DNA from: a virus
Lineage: Duplodnaviria; Caudoviricetes
Length of the DNA stretch: 64,000 bases
Virus record (IMG/VR): IMGVR_UViG_3300014204_013734
Coordinates: 1-64,000 of that record
Strand: one strand, 5' to 3'
In this document: piece after piece, positions 9,589-18,882 of the stretch
Layout: each line of letters opens with the position of its first letter
Position numbering within the stretch: position 1 is the stretch's first letter
Position numbers and translations under genes: made by a program
Notes under the pieces: model-generated
Seen by the model: the letters and a program-made list of their open reading frames with translations, nothing else
Database searches by the model: none
Told to the model about the DNA's origin: nothing

Positions 9589-10296
9589 ATGTCGCAAATC
9601 TATTTCAAGCTTTTAAGCTCTGACAGGACTTCACGCGACACTTTCAAAGGTGTCAAGTGGGGGTTGAAGAAATGGCAGGTAGCGGCTCCTGGTCCAAGTA
9701 CCTTTCAATTCTACACCTCCCCGGAATTGGCGGTATTCCTGGACCCGATACATAAGGAATATGGTAAGGAATCCCTTCTGTTCACATGTGAAGTGGATGA
9801 TTCCTTACCTGTAAAACACGACGGGCTGCAAGGATCCTGCAAAAGGATGAGAATCCTGAAACGACATCCTCTTCCCACGATGACCCTGAAACAACGGGTC
9901 TATGCCGCTATTTTTATTGCTAAAAGGACCTTGAAAAAAGGAACTATTCCGGTATGGGACACGTGGGCGAAAGAGTATTTGGCCGGAAATCATCCGACTG
10001 ATGCAATATGGGACAAAGCATGGGATAAGGTAAACGCAGTGGCGGAGAAAGCCATGGCGGCGGCTTACACAGAAGATTCCCGTGAATATGCAATCGCAAA
10101 AAACCCCACACGAACGACGTGGGACACACCGTGGGCAAGAATTATCCAAGTTGGAGCGGCGGGGGCAGCATCAGTTGCAATGGTAGCGAAAGAAAAAGAA
10201 TCAAATTTCAATCCGTGGCGGTTCGCGGACCAGTTGACCGAATGCGTTCGGAAGGGGCTACAAAACGAACCCCAAACCAAGAAGCGTCGTCCTTGA
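9589..10296 (+). CDS. Hypothetical protein, paralog of 4295-4984
   Basis: Shared motifs as listed for 4295-4984. Confidence 0.75.
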   Translation: MSQIYFKLLSSDRTSRDTFKGVKWGLKKWQVAAPGPSTFQFYTSPELAVFLDPIHKEYGKESLLFTCEVDDSLPVKHDGLQGSCKRMRILKRHPLPTMTLKQRVYAAIFIAKRTLKKGTIPVWDTWAKEYLAGNHPTDAIWDKAWDKVNAVAEKAMAAAYTEDSREYAIAKNPTRTTWDTPWARIIQVGAAGAASVAMVAKEKESNFNPWRFADQLTECVRKGLQNEPQTKKRRP

Positions 10297-10303
10297 TTGT
10301 TTC

Positions 10304-10332
10304 CGGCTTGGAAATCCTTTCTTCCCGGTAGT
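10304..10332 (+). promoter_or_regulatory. Phage promoter motif
   Basis: CGGCTTG-N15-CGGTAGT. Confidence 0.75.
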
Positions 10333-10379
10333 TTATTCAGAACAGGTTGGTAGAGGACACCAGTAGAAAGGAAACGGTC

Positions 10380-10748
10380 ATGTTGAGAGCCTTCGTCAGT
10401 TTCTGTTATCTTGTCGTATGGTTCATGGTAGCGTTGCTTTTCTTGGATTCTGACATGGTTTGGTACGGGAAGCTGATCTGGATCGTTGGGACCTTACCGG
10501 GCTTCCCTTTCGTGGATTACATCATCAAGAAAGTGGAATGGTGGTTGGACCCGATCCAGCGTATGGCCGTGGCCATACGCAAGGGTAACCTTGAAAAGGC
10601 ATCCCTCATGCGCCAAAAGGCGTATGACCGATACCAAAGTGACAAGGAACTCTGGGCGGCGTCGGGACGTTTGGGATCAGCCCCGGTTAATGTTCCCGCA
10701 TGGCTGGAAGAGGAGTTCTTGGAACTTCGGCGGAAAACAACCTCCTGA
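10380..10748 (+). CDS. Membrane protein
   Basis: Two hydrophobic N-terminal segments. Confidence 0.65.
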   Translation: MLRAFVSFCYLVVWFMVALLFLDSDMVWYGKLIWIVGTLPGFPFVDYIIKKVEWWLDPIQRMAVAIRKGNLEKASLMRQKAYDRYQSDKELWAASGRLGSAPVNVPAWLEEEFLELRRKTTS

Positions 10749-10764
10749 GGAAGGAGACGAGAAA

Positions 10765-10977
10765 GTGGACAGTCTGCAAAAATACACTGTGCGTGCTATG
10801 ATGCGCGAGACATCCCTTCTGCTGGACGCAGCAGCCAAAACCGCAGCGTGCGAAGCAGAAGATGCTACGCATTACGCCTATGATGAGGACACGCTCCGTC
10901 GGTCGCGGGAATCGGAACGGCTTTGGACTGAGGCCGCTGTTGCTGGTAGGACATTGCTAGCACTTATTTCCGAATAA
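10765..10977 (+). CDS. Hypothetical protein
   Basis: GTG start with AAGGAG RBS. Confidence 0.55.
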   Translation: MDSLQKYTVRAMMRETSLLLDAAAKTAACEAEDATHYAYDEDTLRRSRESERLWTEAAVAGRTLLALISE

Positions 10978-11057
10978 TTTCAACTACGGTAGCTGCCGTA
11001 GGGCTTCCCCTTTGACTTGCTCACGAAACACCTGCTTTGCAGGCTAAATACCGATTC

Positions 11058-11086
11058 CGGCTTGGAATCCATTTCATTTCGGTAGT
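11058..11086 (+). promoter_or_regulatory. Phage promoter motif
   Basis: CGGCTTG-N15-CGGTAGT. Confidence 0.75.
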
Positions 11087-11116
11087 CCTTGTGTGGTTGG
11101 AAAGAAAGGAAAAGAA

Positions 11117-11317
11117 ATGGCTGAAAAGACAAAAGAAGAGCTTGCGGAAATTGCAGGGATTTTGAAAAAGAACTACATGTCCAAAAAGGACACTAGCAAA
11201 GTCCTGGATTTTATGTTTGGACCACCGTCAGATCAGCAGGTTGAATTATCCTTGTGGGGGGCGTGGGGGAACCTACGGGGAAAAAAGGAAAACGATGATG
11301 ACCATTCAAGAACTTAA
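11117..11317 (+). CDS. Hypothetical protein
   Basis: ORF after promoter motif and RBS. Confidence 0.6.
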   Translation: MAEKTKEELAEIAGILKKNYMSKKDTSKVLDFMFGPPSDQQVELSLWGAWGNLRGKKENDDDHSRT

Positions 11318-11525
11318 GGATGCCGTTGCATCCGCCCAAAAAGAACACGATACAGCTTTAGCTGCGTTGAGGACCCTTCCGACCTTGAATAAGGCACCGG
11401 GTCGCCCCTTTGACGATCCGGCAACCCGCCGGATTAAGTCGCAGTACCACCTGACTACGGTCAGGTTGAAGCAGGCGGAAGATGCCTTGGCGGAAGCCCT
11501 TCGGCAGTCCCCGTATGGGAGGTGA
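11295..11525 (+). CDS. Small coiled-coil protein
   Basis: MTIQELKDAV start. Confidence 0.65.
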   Translation: MMTIQELKDAVASAQKEHDTALAALRTLPTLNKAPGRPFDDPATRRIKSQYHLTTVRLKQAEDALAEALRQSPYGR

Positions 11526-11528
11526 CAA

Positions 11529-11945
11529 ATGACTGTCCAAGACCTTCATGCCAAATGGCACGAAAAGACTAATCTTTGGTGGGAAAAGGCCGAAAAAGTT
11601 CTTGCCTTAGAATTAGAAAGGGATGAAGGCAAGAGCCAGAATTTCATCGCCGCCGTAAAGGAGTGGGGTACCGCTTGGATCCAGGTTCAGGAATCCTTTT
11701 TTGCTTGGCGTTCCGCTTGGGCTGAACCCGAGGAACAAGAAAAGCATTCCTTAGGAACGGCCGAAGAAGCGGATGAGACGGTGCAAAAGAAGTGGAAAGT
11801 GTTGCTCTTGGCATCCGAAGTAGTAGATATGACCGGAACGGTCCATGATGCTGCGATGGTCAAGTTGCGGAAGGCAGAAGCGGAGTGGCAAGAGGCGTAT
11901 CAGGCGGCGAGAGTAAGAAACAGAAAGAATAGGAAAAACCAATGA
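11529..11945 (+). CDS. Coiled-coil hypothetical protein
   Basis: GGAGGT RBS; 138 aa. Confidence 0.7.
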   Translation: MTVQDLHAKWHEKTNLWWEKAEKVLALELERDEGKSQNFIAAVKEWGTAWIQVQESFFAWRSAWAEPEEQEKHSLGTAEEADETVQKKWKVLLLASEVVDMTGTVHDAAMVKLRKAEAEWQEAYQAARVRNRKNRKNQ

Positions 11946-12235
11946 CAAAGACTGAATTTGACAAGATGGCGGACATGACCTCCGAACCGAGCCCGTTGGC
12001 CCGCCTGTACAACATGGAATCTGAACTCGCCCAAATCGTCCAGTTGTTCAAGGACAACAAGGTCTTGGCAAATCCCCTGCAGGAAGTCACGAAAGCATTG
12101 TCCAAAGTCTGCCGCACGGCACACCCGTGTTTTGGGTGCGGCACGGAAACCTGTAAATTGGCCACTCCGGCGCCCCTGTTCACGCCGGTCGTGGACGGCG
12201 TCCAGAAGTCCGTGTGCCCGTACAAGACACTTTAA
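11942..12235 (+). CDS. Cys-motif protein, paralog of 8013-8672
   Basis: CRTAHPCFGC. Confidence 0.75.
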   Translation: MTKTEFDKMADMTSEPSPLARLYNMESELAQIVQLFKDNKVLANPLQEVTKALSKVCRTAHPCFGCGTETCKLATPAPLFTPVVDGVQKSVCPYKTL

Positions 12236-12241
12236 GGTTTC

Positions 12242-12270
12242 CGGCTTGTAATCTCTTTCCTTCCGGTAGT
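12242..12270 (+). promoter_or_regulatory. Phage promoter motif
   Basis: CGGCTTG-N15-CGGTAGT. Confidence 0.75.
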
Positions 12271-12470
12271 CCTTCTGTGATTGATAACCAAAGGAAGAAA
12301 AAAGTGAACGAAGCCACAGAAGCAGAAAACGAAGCAACAAGCCAGGAACTGGAAGAGTTGCTTCAGTTGTTGGATGACTGGGATGACATGGAAAAGCCTT
12401 CCTTAGCGGAACTGACCTTGGGCATAGAGGTCAGTCTCCAGCACTTGCAGGATAAGGTGTCGGAAAATCA

Positions 12471-12911
12471 ATGAAACGGGATATCCTCGTTCTAAAGGAA
12501 AAGCATGGTCTCCGCTATTTGGACGCCCGCACTCCTAAACTCATTTGTAAAAACGTTCTACGGGTCCTGAGAGACCGGTTGGATTTCGGTTGTTACGGGG
12601 ATGGGACCATCACCCCCCTTCCGCAACCTCCGAAACCGCTGCCTTTTCCAGAGTTCCCCGATTCCAAAACTGTAGAAGAATGGTTGGAAGCTTCCCGGAA
12701 GATATTGGACGACTATTCATGGGCGTTCCGATGTCATTATCATGAAGCCCAGGAAGCAAAGTTCCGGCAACAGGTGATCGCGTGGGTCGCCGCTCCGGAG
12801 ACGTTCCGTGACTGTGATGCACGTCTTGCGTTGAAGACCCGCCGAGACCATGAATACGAAGGTTACGAATGGGAAGAATTGGAAACCTGCGCCGATGAAA
12901 AAAGGGAATAG
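12471..12911 (+). CDS. Hypothetical protein
   Basis: 146 aa ORF in the operon. Confidence 0.7.
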   Translation: MKRDILVLKEKHGLRYLDARTPKLICKNVLRVLRDRLDFGCYGDGTITPLPQPPKPLPFPEFPDSKTVEEWLEASRKILDDYSWAFRCHYHEAQEAKFRQQVIAWVAAPETFRDCDARLALKTRRDHEYEGYEWEELETCADEKRE

Positions 12912-12913
12912 CC

Positions 12914-13504
12914 GTGAACGTATATAACAAAGCTAGGGTCGTGAAAAGTGATCGTGTTTACCCCATGGGGGCTAAATACGAAGTTGATGTTACGACAATT
13001 GGCCCATGGACGGATAACCTTCAGGTCCTTGAAAAGAATCTATCCGATGAAGCTGTTTTGAACGGTTGCAAGCAGCACAATCTTCATATCGGACCCTATC
13101 CGCCTGGGGTTGAAGATATACGATGGGGTAAAACGTATTCCCCATTCACCGTACAGCACATGTATGCCCTGATTGATCCCACAGGTCTTGTGGAATATTG
13201 GGCGATTCTGTCCAAGGAAGCTGAATACGAACTTCCATGGCGAAAAATGCACTGTACCTGCAACCGAGTAGGTAATGCCCTAAGTGATGTCCGTGCCAAC
13301 TTGGAGGCTATGCTTTTAACCCAAAGGAAACACCAAGGCCAGGCGGACTTTGAAAAGATGTGCCTTGTCAATTCAATTGACCGGCTCATCAAGGCAAGTG
13401 AAACGCTGAAGAAAGTTGTAAACAATCATTACGAATACACCGAAGAACCAGACCCTGATTCAAATCGTAACGGCTGGACAACCACTTTGGGTTCTGAATA
13501 TTAG
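12914..13504 (+). CDS. Hypothetical protein
   Basis: 196 aa ORF in the operon. Confidence 0.7.
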   Translation: MNVYNKARVVKSDRVYPMGAKYEVDVTTIGPWTDNLQVLEKNLSDEAVLNGCKQHNLHIGPYPPGVEDIRWGKTYSPFTVQHMYALIDPTGLVEYWAILSKEAEYELPWRKMHCTCNRVGNALSDVRANLEAMLLTQRKHQGQADFEKMCLVNSIDRLIKASETLKKVVNNHYEYTEEPDPDSNRNGWTTTLGSEY

Positions 13505-13515
13505 GAGTTGTTTTC

Positions 13516-13544
13516 CGGCTTGGAATTCTTTTCTTTTCGGTAGT
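13516..13544 (+). promoter_or_regulatory. Phage promoter motif
   Basis: CGGCTTG-N15-CGGTAGT. Confidence 0.75.
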
Positions 13545-13589
13545 CTATATGTTGACGGACGAACGGAAGCCGATAGAAAGGAATTTTCT

Positions 13590-13871
13590 ATGATAGAAAA
13601 AAGCCGGATTCAAGAAGCCCGAGATAAAGAAGAACGGGCGCGTGCAAGATGGGAACTTTGCGTAGCGGCAGCGGAGCTACGCAAAAATGCCTTCAAGGCT
13701 GCAGAAGCGGTGTTGGAAGGGCTTGGTGCTGAAGATACCGGCAGGACCAAGGCATTGGCTGACTGGAAAGAGGCACTCGGTGCCTTGGGGTTTGCACAGG
13801 ACGCCCTAAAGTCCGCTTCCGACCAACTGAAAACTGCAAGTGAAGTACTTGCAGAATGCGAAGGATGGTAA
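13590..13871 (+). CDS. Coiled-coil hypothetical protein
   Basis: 93 aa; AAGGA RBS. Confidence 0.7.
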   Translation: MIEKSRIQEARDKEERARARWELCVAAAELRKNAFKAAEAVLEGLGAEDTGRTKALADWKEALGALGFAQDALKSASDQLKTASEVLAECEGW

Positions 13872-13875
13872 AATC

Positions 13876-14064
13876 ATGGAACCTACCAAAACCGAAGCGG
13901 CAGAACAACAAGTAGTGTGCCCTCATTGTGGCACTGTATTCGGTGTTGATGGGGAAGGCATATGGAACTGCCCCGAACCCGAGTGTGACGCATTGCTACT
14001 TTGGAATAACGACAAGATTCAGGACTTTTTTGAATCTATCCCCCACAATAACGGAAACCGATAG
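13876..14064 (+). CDS. Small Zn-ribbon protein
   Basis: CPHC...CPEPEC. Confidence 0.55.
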   Translation: MEPTKTEAAEQQVVCPHCGTVFGVDGEGIWNCPEPECDALLLWNNDKIQDFFESIPHNNGNR

Positions 14065-14068
14065 ACCC

Positions 14069-14248
14069 ATGACAACCGATACGAACGAAGGACACAACTG
14101 CTTGACGTGCAGTAAGTGGACAGGCACTACGTGCGAATCCTCGGGAGAGTCCCGAACGGAAGAGCAAGTTGTATTTATCGTACGCGTGGGTATGGTTTGT
14201 GATGATTGGGAAAGCCGCCAGGGTAGTGATGAAATTCTGTTGCATTGA
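14069..14248 (+). CDS. Small Cys-containing protein
   Basis: CLTC...C...C. Confidence 0.5.
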   Translation: MTTDTNEGHNCLTCSKWTGTTCESSGESRTEEQVVFIVRVGMVCDDWESRQGSDEILLH

Positions 14249-14266
14249 AGTAAAAGGTAATGAACG

Positions 14267-14494
14267 ATGAATGACACCAATGTAAAAAATAGGATTCGCG
14301 TGATTTGTTGTGTGTGCGGTAGACAAGTAATCCACGGAAGCAGCACTTCGGACGAGTATGTAGCGCCTGGTATGCATCCAAAGGCAGCATTCAGAAAAGG
14401 AGAAGTATTTTGTGATGAATGCGGCAAAGAATTGGACGCTAACGGTCTTTTTCCCGAAGAAAACTGTACTGTCAACATCCCCAAAACCGTTTAA
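14267..14494 (+). CDS. Small Zn-ribbon protein
   Basis: CCVC...CDEC. Confidence 0.6.
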   Translation: MNDTNVKNRIRVICCVCGRQVIHGSSTSDEYVAPGMHPKAAFRKGEVFCDECGKELDANGLFPEENCTVNIPKTV

Positions 14495-14586
14495 TAAACC
14501 CCTCAAAGGGGACCCCTGGCTTAAAAAGACCGTATTGAATCTGTAGCAATTTCAGAATGTTGCGATTTGAAACGGGTTTTGAAACC
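14476..14586. repeat. ~110 bp repeat, copy 2
   Basis: Aligns with 431-541. Confidence 0.9.
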
Positions 14587-14810
14587 GAAGGGTTTCCTCC
14601 TACAGAAGGGTCCCTTATAAAGACCGGTCTTTTTGATTCCTTTTCAGGGGTTACTTCCCGTTTGCCGTGCCGTTACAATTTACTAGACACGCTTAGCAAA
14701 TTGTAGCACTGCCCTTAGAAATGCCTTTTCCACAGGAAAAGACCCTATCGGGCCAGGGACGGACCATTCGTCGGTCCTGGGCCACGTCAGGGCCATTTCC
14801 CCCATGTGCT

Positions 14811-15107
14811 TTACATCCCCGGCTTGGTTTCTTCCAGTGCCCTGGCAGCTTTTGCCAGGTATCGGGCACTGTCTTGGAAAAGGCTTTGCATTTCAACGAC
14901 CGCCTTTTCCTGGGCTTCTTTCAAATTGGAAGCTTTGATTGGAACCTCTGCCAATTCCAGACCGTTCACACAGCTTGTGTTTTGGAATGAAACGGTCCAA
15001 AGTTCTTTGGTTTCCTGCTGCTGTAGGTACAGGCTGAAGCGAGGGAAGGAAGCTTCCCAGACTGGTGGTTGGCGGGTGCTAACGTTCCATACGACAGGTT
15101 TGGTCAA
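14811..15107 (-). CDS. Paralog family B member
   Basis: VVW...VW.A...W.VSF...ASNLKEAQEKA. Confidence 0.75.
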   Translation of the reverse strand: MTKPVVWNVSTRQPPVWEASFPRFSLYLQQQETKELWTVSFQNTSCVNGLELAEVPIKASNLKEAQEKAVVEMQSLFQDSARYLAKAARALEETKPGM

Positions 15108-15166
15108 GATTCAGATTCCTTTCTTCTTGAAGAGGTAGACAACTGGTTTGGACATTGCTTTTCCTT

Positions 15167-15424
15167 TCACAGCAGGGCATCCAACAACTTACCCACACCG
15201 TCCAGGAAGCCTTTCACCTTAGTGATTTTTCCGGTGCAGAAGGTCACCATCATGTCCGTCGCCTGGGCGGCGCACATGGGGCACAGGATGAACTTGTCAA
15301 TCCTGTCGTTCTTGACGGAATCCACAATGGTTCGGATCGGGACGATGTTTTTGACATGGTCCGGATCAATACCATGGAATTCTTCCCCACACTTACAACA
15401 TTTGCAAACCACGACTATCGGCAT
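15167..15424 (-). CDS. Small Zn-binding protein
   Basis: CCKC...CPMC. Confidence 0.6.
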   Translation of the reverse strand: MPIVVVCKCCKCGEEFHGIDPDHVKNIVPIRTIVDSVKNDRIDKFILCPMCAAQATDMMVTFCTGKITKVKGFLDGVGKLLDALL

Positions 15425-15795
15425 GGCATTTGGTTTGGTTTGGGTTTACTTTGGTTCTTTTTGGTTTTGCAGGAACGCTTCTGTAGGTCCTGCTCTTTTT
15501 TGGGCAGCGTGGCCGATTCTAAAACCTCGGTGACGGTTTCCAGATAGCCTATGCTTTTCAAGATTTTACACTGCATTTCACCCAAGGACTTTTCCTTGGC
15601 TTCTTTCAACCCGGACGCCGAGAACACTGCACATGCCTTGTATTCCGAACCGCTTGTGGCAATGAAGGAAATGGACCACTTGTCCCCAGTTTTCGTTTCT
15701 TGCATCAGGCGCAAATACAACCCCGGGTGTGACGGGAACAGGGCCAGCCACACATCCCAATGAGGTTCCTTTTTCCAGACAAGCTTTTTTGACAT
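15415..15795 (-). CDS. Paralog family B member
   Basis: LVW...VWLA...WSISF...ASGLKEAKEKS. Confidence 0.75.
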   Translation of the reverse strand: MSKKLVWKKEPHWDVWLALFPSHPGLYLRLMQETKTGDKWSISFIATSGSEYKACAVFSASGLKEAKEKSLGEMQCKILKSIGYLETVTEVLESATLPKKEQDLQKRSCKTKKNQSKPKPNQMPCR

Positions 15796-15798
15796 GCC

Positions 15799-16113
15799 TC
15801 AGGTTCCTTTTTTGGTACGGAAAGCACGGTAGGCAATTGCTTTGGCCCCCGGAAGGATCTGGCCTTGGACTGTGACTTCGCAAGGGTCATCCCCCAGTAC
15901 CCAACAGGCCACGAGTAAGACAAGGTAACCGCGCAGGTCCACTAGGAGCATTACATCCTGTTCGGAGGACACCGGGAAGGGACTTCCGGGTTTGATGAAT
16001 ATCCAGCCTTCCTTCTCCAGACGTGTCCGGCGGCTGACAAACAGGTTCTTCAAGAAGCCCTTGAGCTTTTCCATTCGCTTTAGTCCTTGATTTCGTGAAC
16101 GTGGAAGCACCAA
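15799..16113 (-). CDS. Hypothetical protein (start uncertain)
   Basis: ORF fills the operon gap. Confidence 0.55.
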   Translation of the reverse strand: MVLPRSRNQGLKRMEKLKGFLKNLFVSRRTRLEKEGWIFIKPGSPFPVSSEQDVMLLVDLRGYLVLLVACWVLGDDPCEVTVQGQILPGAKAIAYRAFRTKKGT

Positions 16114-16508
16114 ACTTCCGGGAAGGAGTCATCCTCGTCATACAGGTATTGGCACTGTGGTTTTTTGTCCCCGTAGTAATCGCCCCACTTTTCCCACCGC
16201 CAGCCATCTTCGGCCGGCTCTTCAGCCTTGATGATCCTGGTCAAGGACACGACGAACCGACGAGGATCGGAATGCAAGGCGGGGCCGAACTTCTGGACGA
16301 ACTGTGCGGGCGAATCCACTACCCCGTAACAGCCTACGTCAGGTCCCAGATCCGGGTATCCCTCTACCTGGAATCCGTTTGATTTTAAGACCAAGTCCAT
16401 GTTGAAGTGGTTCGTTTCAAAGATGCCGGACCCAAGATTCGGAATGTTCTTCGTCTTCATCTTTGATGCTGAGTGCGTTTTGCGCAGTGACGTAAGGTCA
16501 ACTAACAT
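16080..16508 (-). CDS. Hypothetical phage protein
   Basis: 142 aa; GWRWEKWGDYYG motif. Confidence 0.7.
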   Translation of the reverse strand: MLVDLTSLRKTHSASKMKTKNIPNLGSGIFETNHFNMDLVLKSNGFQVEGYPDLGPDVGCYGVVDSPAQFVQKFGPALHSDPRRFVVSLTRIIKAEEPAEDGWRWEKWGDYYGDKKPQCQYLYDEDDSFPEVWCFHVHEIKD

Positions 16509-17167
16509 CAGACATCTCCAAGCTTCTGTTTCCTGATGGACAAGGTTTCCGTATTGAGAATGCCGAGTGCCTTCAGGACATCGCCCATCGGGGTGAGAAA
16601 GTTATTTGGCATCTGAATGTTTATGTTTACCCACGGGCGACAAGAACCAAAAAGTTCCCTGACAGGCACCTTCGCTTCAAACCCACACTTCGTCACTTCC
16701 AGAAAGCCTGCTCCCGTCTTGGGGTCAATCGTGAAACCAGCCTTCCAACCGTATTCAGCCAGACCAGAAGCGTTCAGATCCGTCCTGAGTCTGTTGAAGA
16801 TACCCTGCTGTTCAAGGATGTTGCGGAACCCCTCCGATTCCTTTTCCCGCTGAATACCGTTCAGCATGATCTCCGTCCAGTCGTGTATGTTTTCTTGCAG
16901 GAATTCCACGACTTCCTTGGCATTTCTGAATTCCTTTTTGTCAACTTCTTCAAAAATCATTGGCGAAATGGGGGTCAGCAAAAATCCGAAATCCCCCGAA
17001 AGTATCCTACACATTGTTCTGTCTGAATCCTTCGGGATGATGTGGATATGTTCTTTGTACGTCATATGTCCCCACGGAAAGAATGGGGCAACTAGAATGT
17101 TGGTACTGTCAACCACGAAGAGGATATTCGCTTTCGTCAACAGCTTTTTGAGCTTCTTCATCTTCAA
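16508..17167 (-). CDS. Paralog family C member
   Basis: LKKLLTKANI...ILEQQGIFNR. Confidence 0.7.
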   Translation of the reverse strand: MKMKKLKKLLTKANILFVVDSTNILVAPFFPWGHMTYKEHIHIIPKDSDRTMCRILSGDFGFLLTPISPMIFEEVDKKEFRNAKEVVEFLQENIHDWTEIMLNGIQREKESEGFRNILEQQGIFNRLRTDLNASGLAEYGWKAGFTIDPKTGAGFLEVTKCGFEAKVPVRELFGSCRPWVNINIQMPNNFLTPMGDVLKALGILNTETLSIRKQKLGDV

Positions 17168-17904
17168 TCTTCCTTCCTAGACACGGTTTCCCTGTAAATC
17201 AGGGCTTCCGATACGTCCATCGGGCGGACCACATTGCGGTAATTAAGGTCGGCGATGGTCCGTGCGACCCGCAGCACATCAAAGAAAGCGGCAAGGGAAA
17301 GTTGCTGCCGGTCAGTCTGGTTTTTCATGATCCGATTGATTTCTTCATCCGAAAGACATTCCATCGCCCTGATGTTGTCCATGTCAGCATTCAAGTACCT
17401 CTCCCCAAACCGAGAAGCCTGGAAACGCCAAGCTTCTCGGACGCGCACGGCGACTTGTTGGGTAGTTTCAAGGCGCTCCTTCTCAGAAACGGAAATCAGA
17501 GAAGTAAGGTCCTTAAAACTTGGGGGACTTACTTGAAGGTGAAGTGCATGCCGGTAGGGAAGGGCATCCCGGTGCTTCAGAACATCAGTCAGATCACAGA
17601 AACATTTGGAAATGTTGTCCATGACACGTCCACAAGGGCACGGAAGCCCTTCGGCCGCTTCAATCATCCTGTCCCCGATGTTTGTTGTGTAGGTCAGGGC
17701 GGAACCTTCTTGACTTTTTTCCACTGTACAGTGAGGGCTTTCGGCTGCTTGTTCCCACAATCCGAAGAAGGCCCCGAGGAGGAATGTTTTTCCGGTTCCT
17801 GGCGCCCCGATCAGCAAAAGGGAGTGTCCGCCTGCTACTGCAATTTCCATCGCACGCTTCACGTGCTGTTGTCCGCCTATGGCGGAAAAATCAGGGAATT
17901 TCAT
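17164..17904 (-). CDS. Shortened ComM/YifB (Mg-chelatase-like) AAA protein
   Basis: DFSAIGGQQHVKRAMEIAVAGGHSLLLIGAPGTGKT; PCPCG; LRVARTIADL...EALIYR. Confidence 0.8.
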   Translation of the reverse strand: MKFPDFSAIGGQQHVKRAMEIAVAGGHSLLLIGAPGTGKTFLLGAFFGLWEQAAESPHCTVEKSQEGSALTYTTNIGDRMIEAAEGLPCPCGRVMDNISKCFCDLTDVLKHRDALPYRHALHLQVSPPSFKDLTSLISVSEKERLETTQQVAVRVREAWRFQASRFGERYLNADMDNIRAMECLSDEEINRIMKNQTDRQQLSLAAFFDVLRVARTIADLNYRNVVRPMDVSEALIYRETVSRKED

Positions 17905-18215
17905 CAGGAACCTTTCTTTGATAGATTGGGAATGTCCCATGCCTTCCTGATGGTGTCGGCAATCTTGCCGGCGGCGGTTTTGGGACAGTCCCACGGATCA
18001 AGGGGCGGGTCCAAAGGAATCCATCCCTTGTCTGCCGTGAAAGCGGACGGGTCGGCGGCTAGGACCGGGACCCAAGGCAACCCGTCAGGGGACTTGCCTT
18101 CCTTCACGTGGACGCGGAACTGGCGTTTCAGGTCACGGGCCTGTTCGGGGACCCACTTGCGGGCTAGAAAGACAGCGTGATCTTGAATGAAGGCTTCCAT
18201 TCGTTCGGGGGTCAT
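17904..18215 (-). CDS. Hypothetical protein
   Basis: 103 aa coupled ORF. Confidence 0.65.
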   Translation of the reverse strand: MTPERMEAFIQDHAVFLARKWVPEQARDLKRQFRVHVKEGKSPDGLPWVPVLAADPSAFTADKGWIPLDPPLDPWDCPKTAAGKIADTIRKAWDIPNLSKKGS

Positions 18216-18220
18216 TTCTG

Positions 18221-18499
18221 TTATTCCTTCACAGGGGTTTCCCAGTAGAATCTTGACTTATCAGAACTGGGAAAAGTCAATACCATTCCGTCAGGGGTTT
18301 TACTCAGGGTTCCCGTGACTCCCATCAGGGCACCTCGCCACGTCAAGGTTGCAGTCTTCTGGTCAGGCTCGATGATAATAGTTCCAAAATAGTCGGAATA
18401 ATCTACCATCCTGATTTGGAGGGTAGTCCGACCACTTTCATCCTGCTTCGTTGAAATAACCTCAAGCCTGGACCTAGGGTAGTATGTCATTGGGTACAC
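18221..18499 (-). CDS. Hypothetical protein
   Basis: 92 aa ORF. Confidence 0.6.
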   Translation of the reverse strand: MYPMTYYPRSRLEVISTKQDESGRTTLQIRMVDYSDYFGTIIIEPDQKTATLTWRGALMGVTGTLSKTPDGMVLTFPSSDKSRFYWETPVKE

Positions 18500-18797
18500 C
18501 CATCGCTAGGAGATCGGTCTTTAGAGATTTAATGCCAGCCATAATCGTTTCGGCCATGCTGTTGAGTGCTTTCCATTTGGCCTCTTTTAAGGAACGAGCC
18601 TGGAAAGAAATGACCGCCGAAAAGTCGGTCTGCCTGAAGGAAATCAGTCCTGGTTCCCGGCCTTTTTTCATGTCAAAAGAGGATATCCAGAAGTCACCCC
18701 CTTCTTTCCGTAAAACAATCGTCCGACCAGACCGTTTCAGGCATGCCGTCCAGACAAGATCAGTTTCGGTTAGTTTCCAGACAACGTGTTCGGTCAT
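18474..18797 (-). CDS. Paralog family B member
   Basis: VVW...VWTA...WISSF...ARSLKEAKWKA. Confidence 0.75.
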   Translation of the reverse strand: MTEHVVWKLTETDLVWTACLKRSGRTIVLRKEGGDFWISSFDMKKGREPGLISFRQTDFSAVISFQARSLKEAKWKALNSMAETIMAGIKSLKTDLLAMGVPNDILP

Positions 18798-18848
18798 AGG
18801 TCAGGTTCCTTTCGCGCCGGAATTGTTGTCGTCCCGGTTCTTGTACAT

Positions 18849-18877
18849 ACTACCGGAACGGTAGGGTTTCCAAGCCG
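18849..18877 (-). promoter_or_regulatory. Phage promoter motif
   Basis: Reverse complement of CGGCTTG-N15-CGGTAGT. Confidence 0.75.
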
Positions 18878-18882
18878 TCCCG

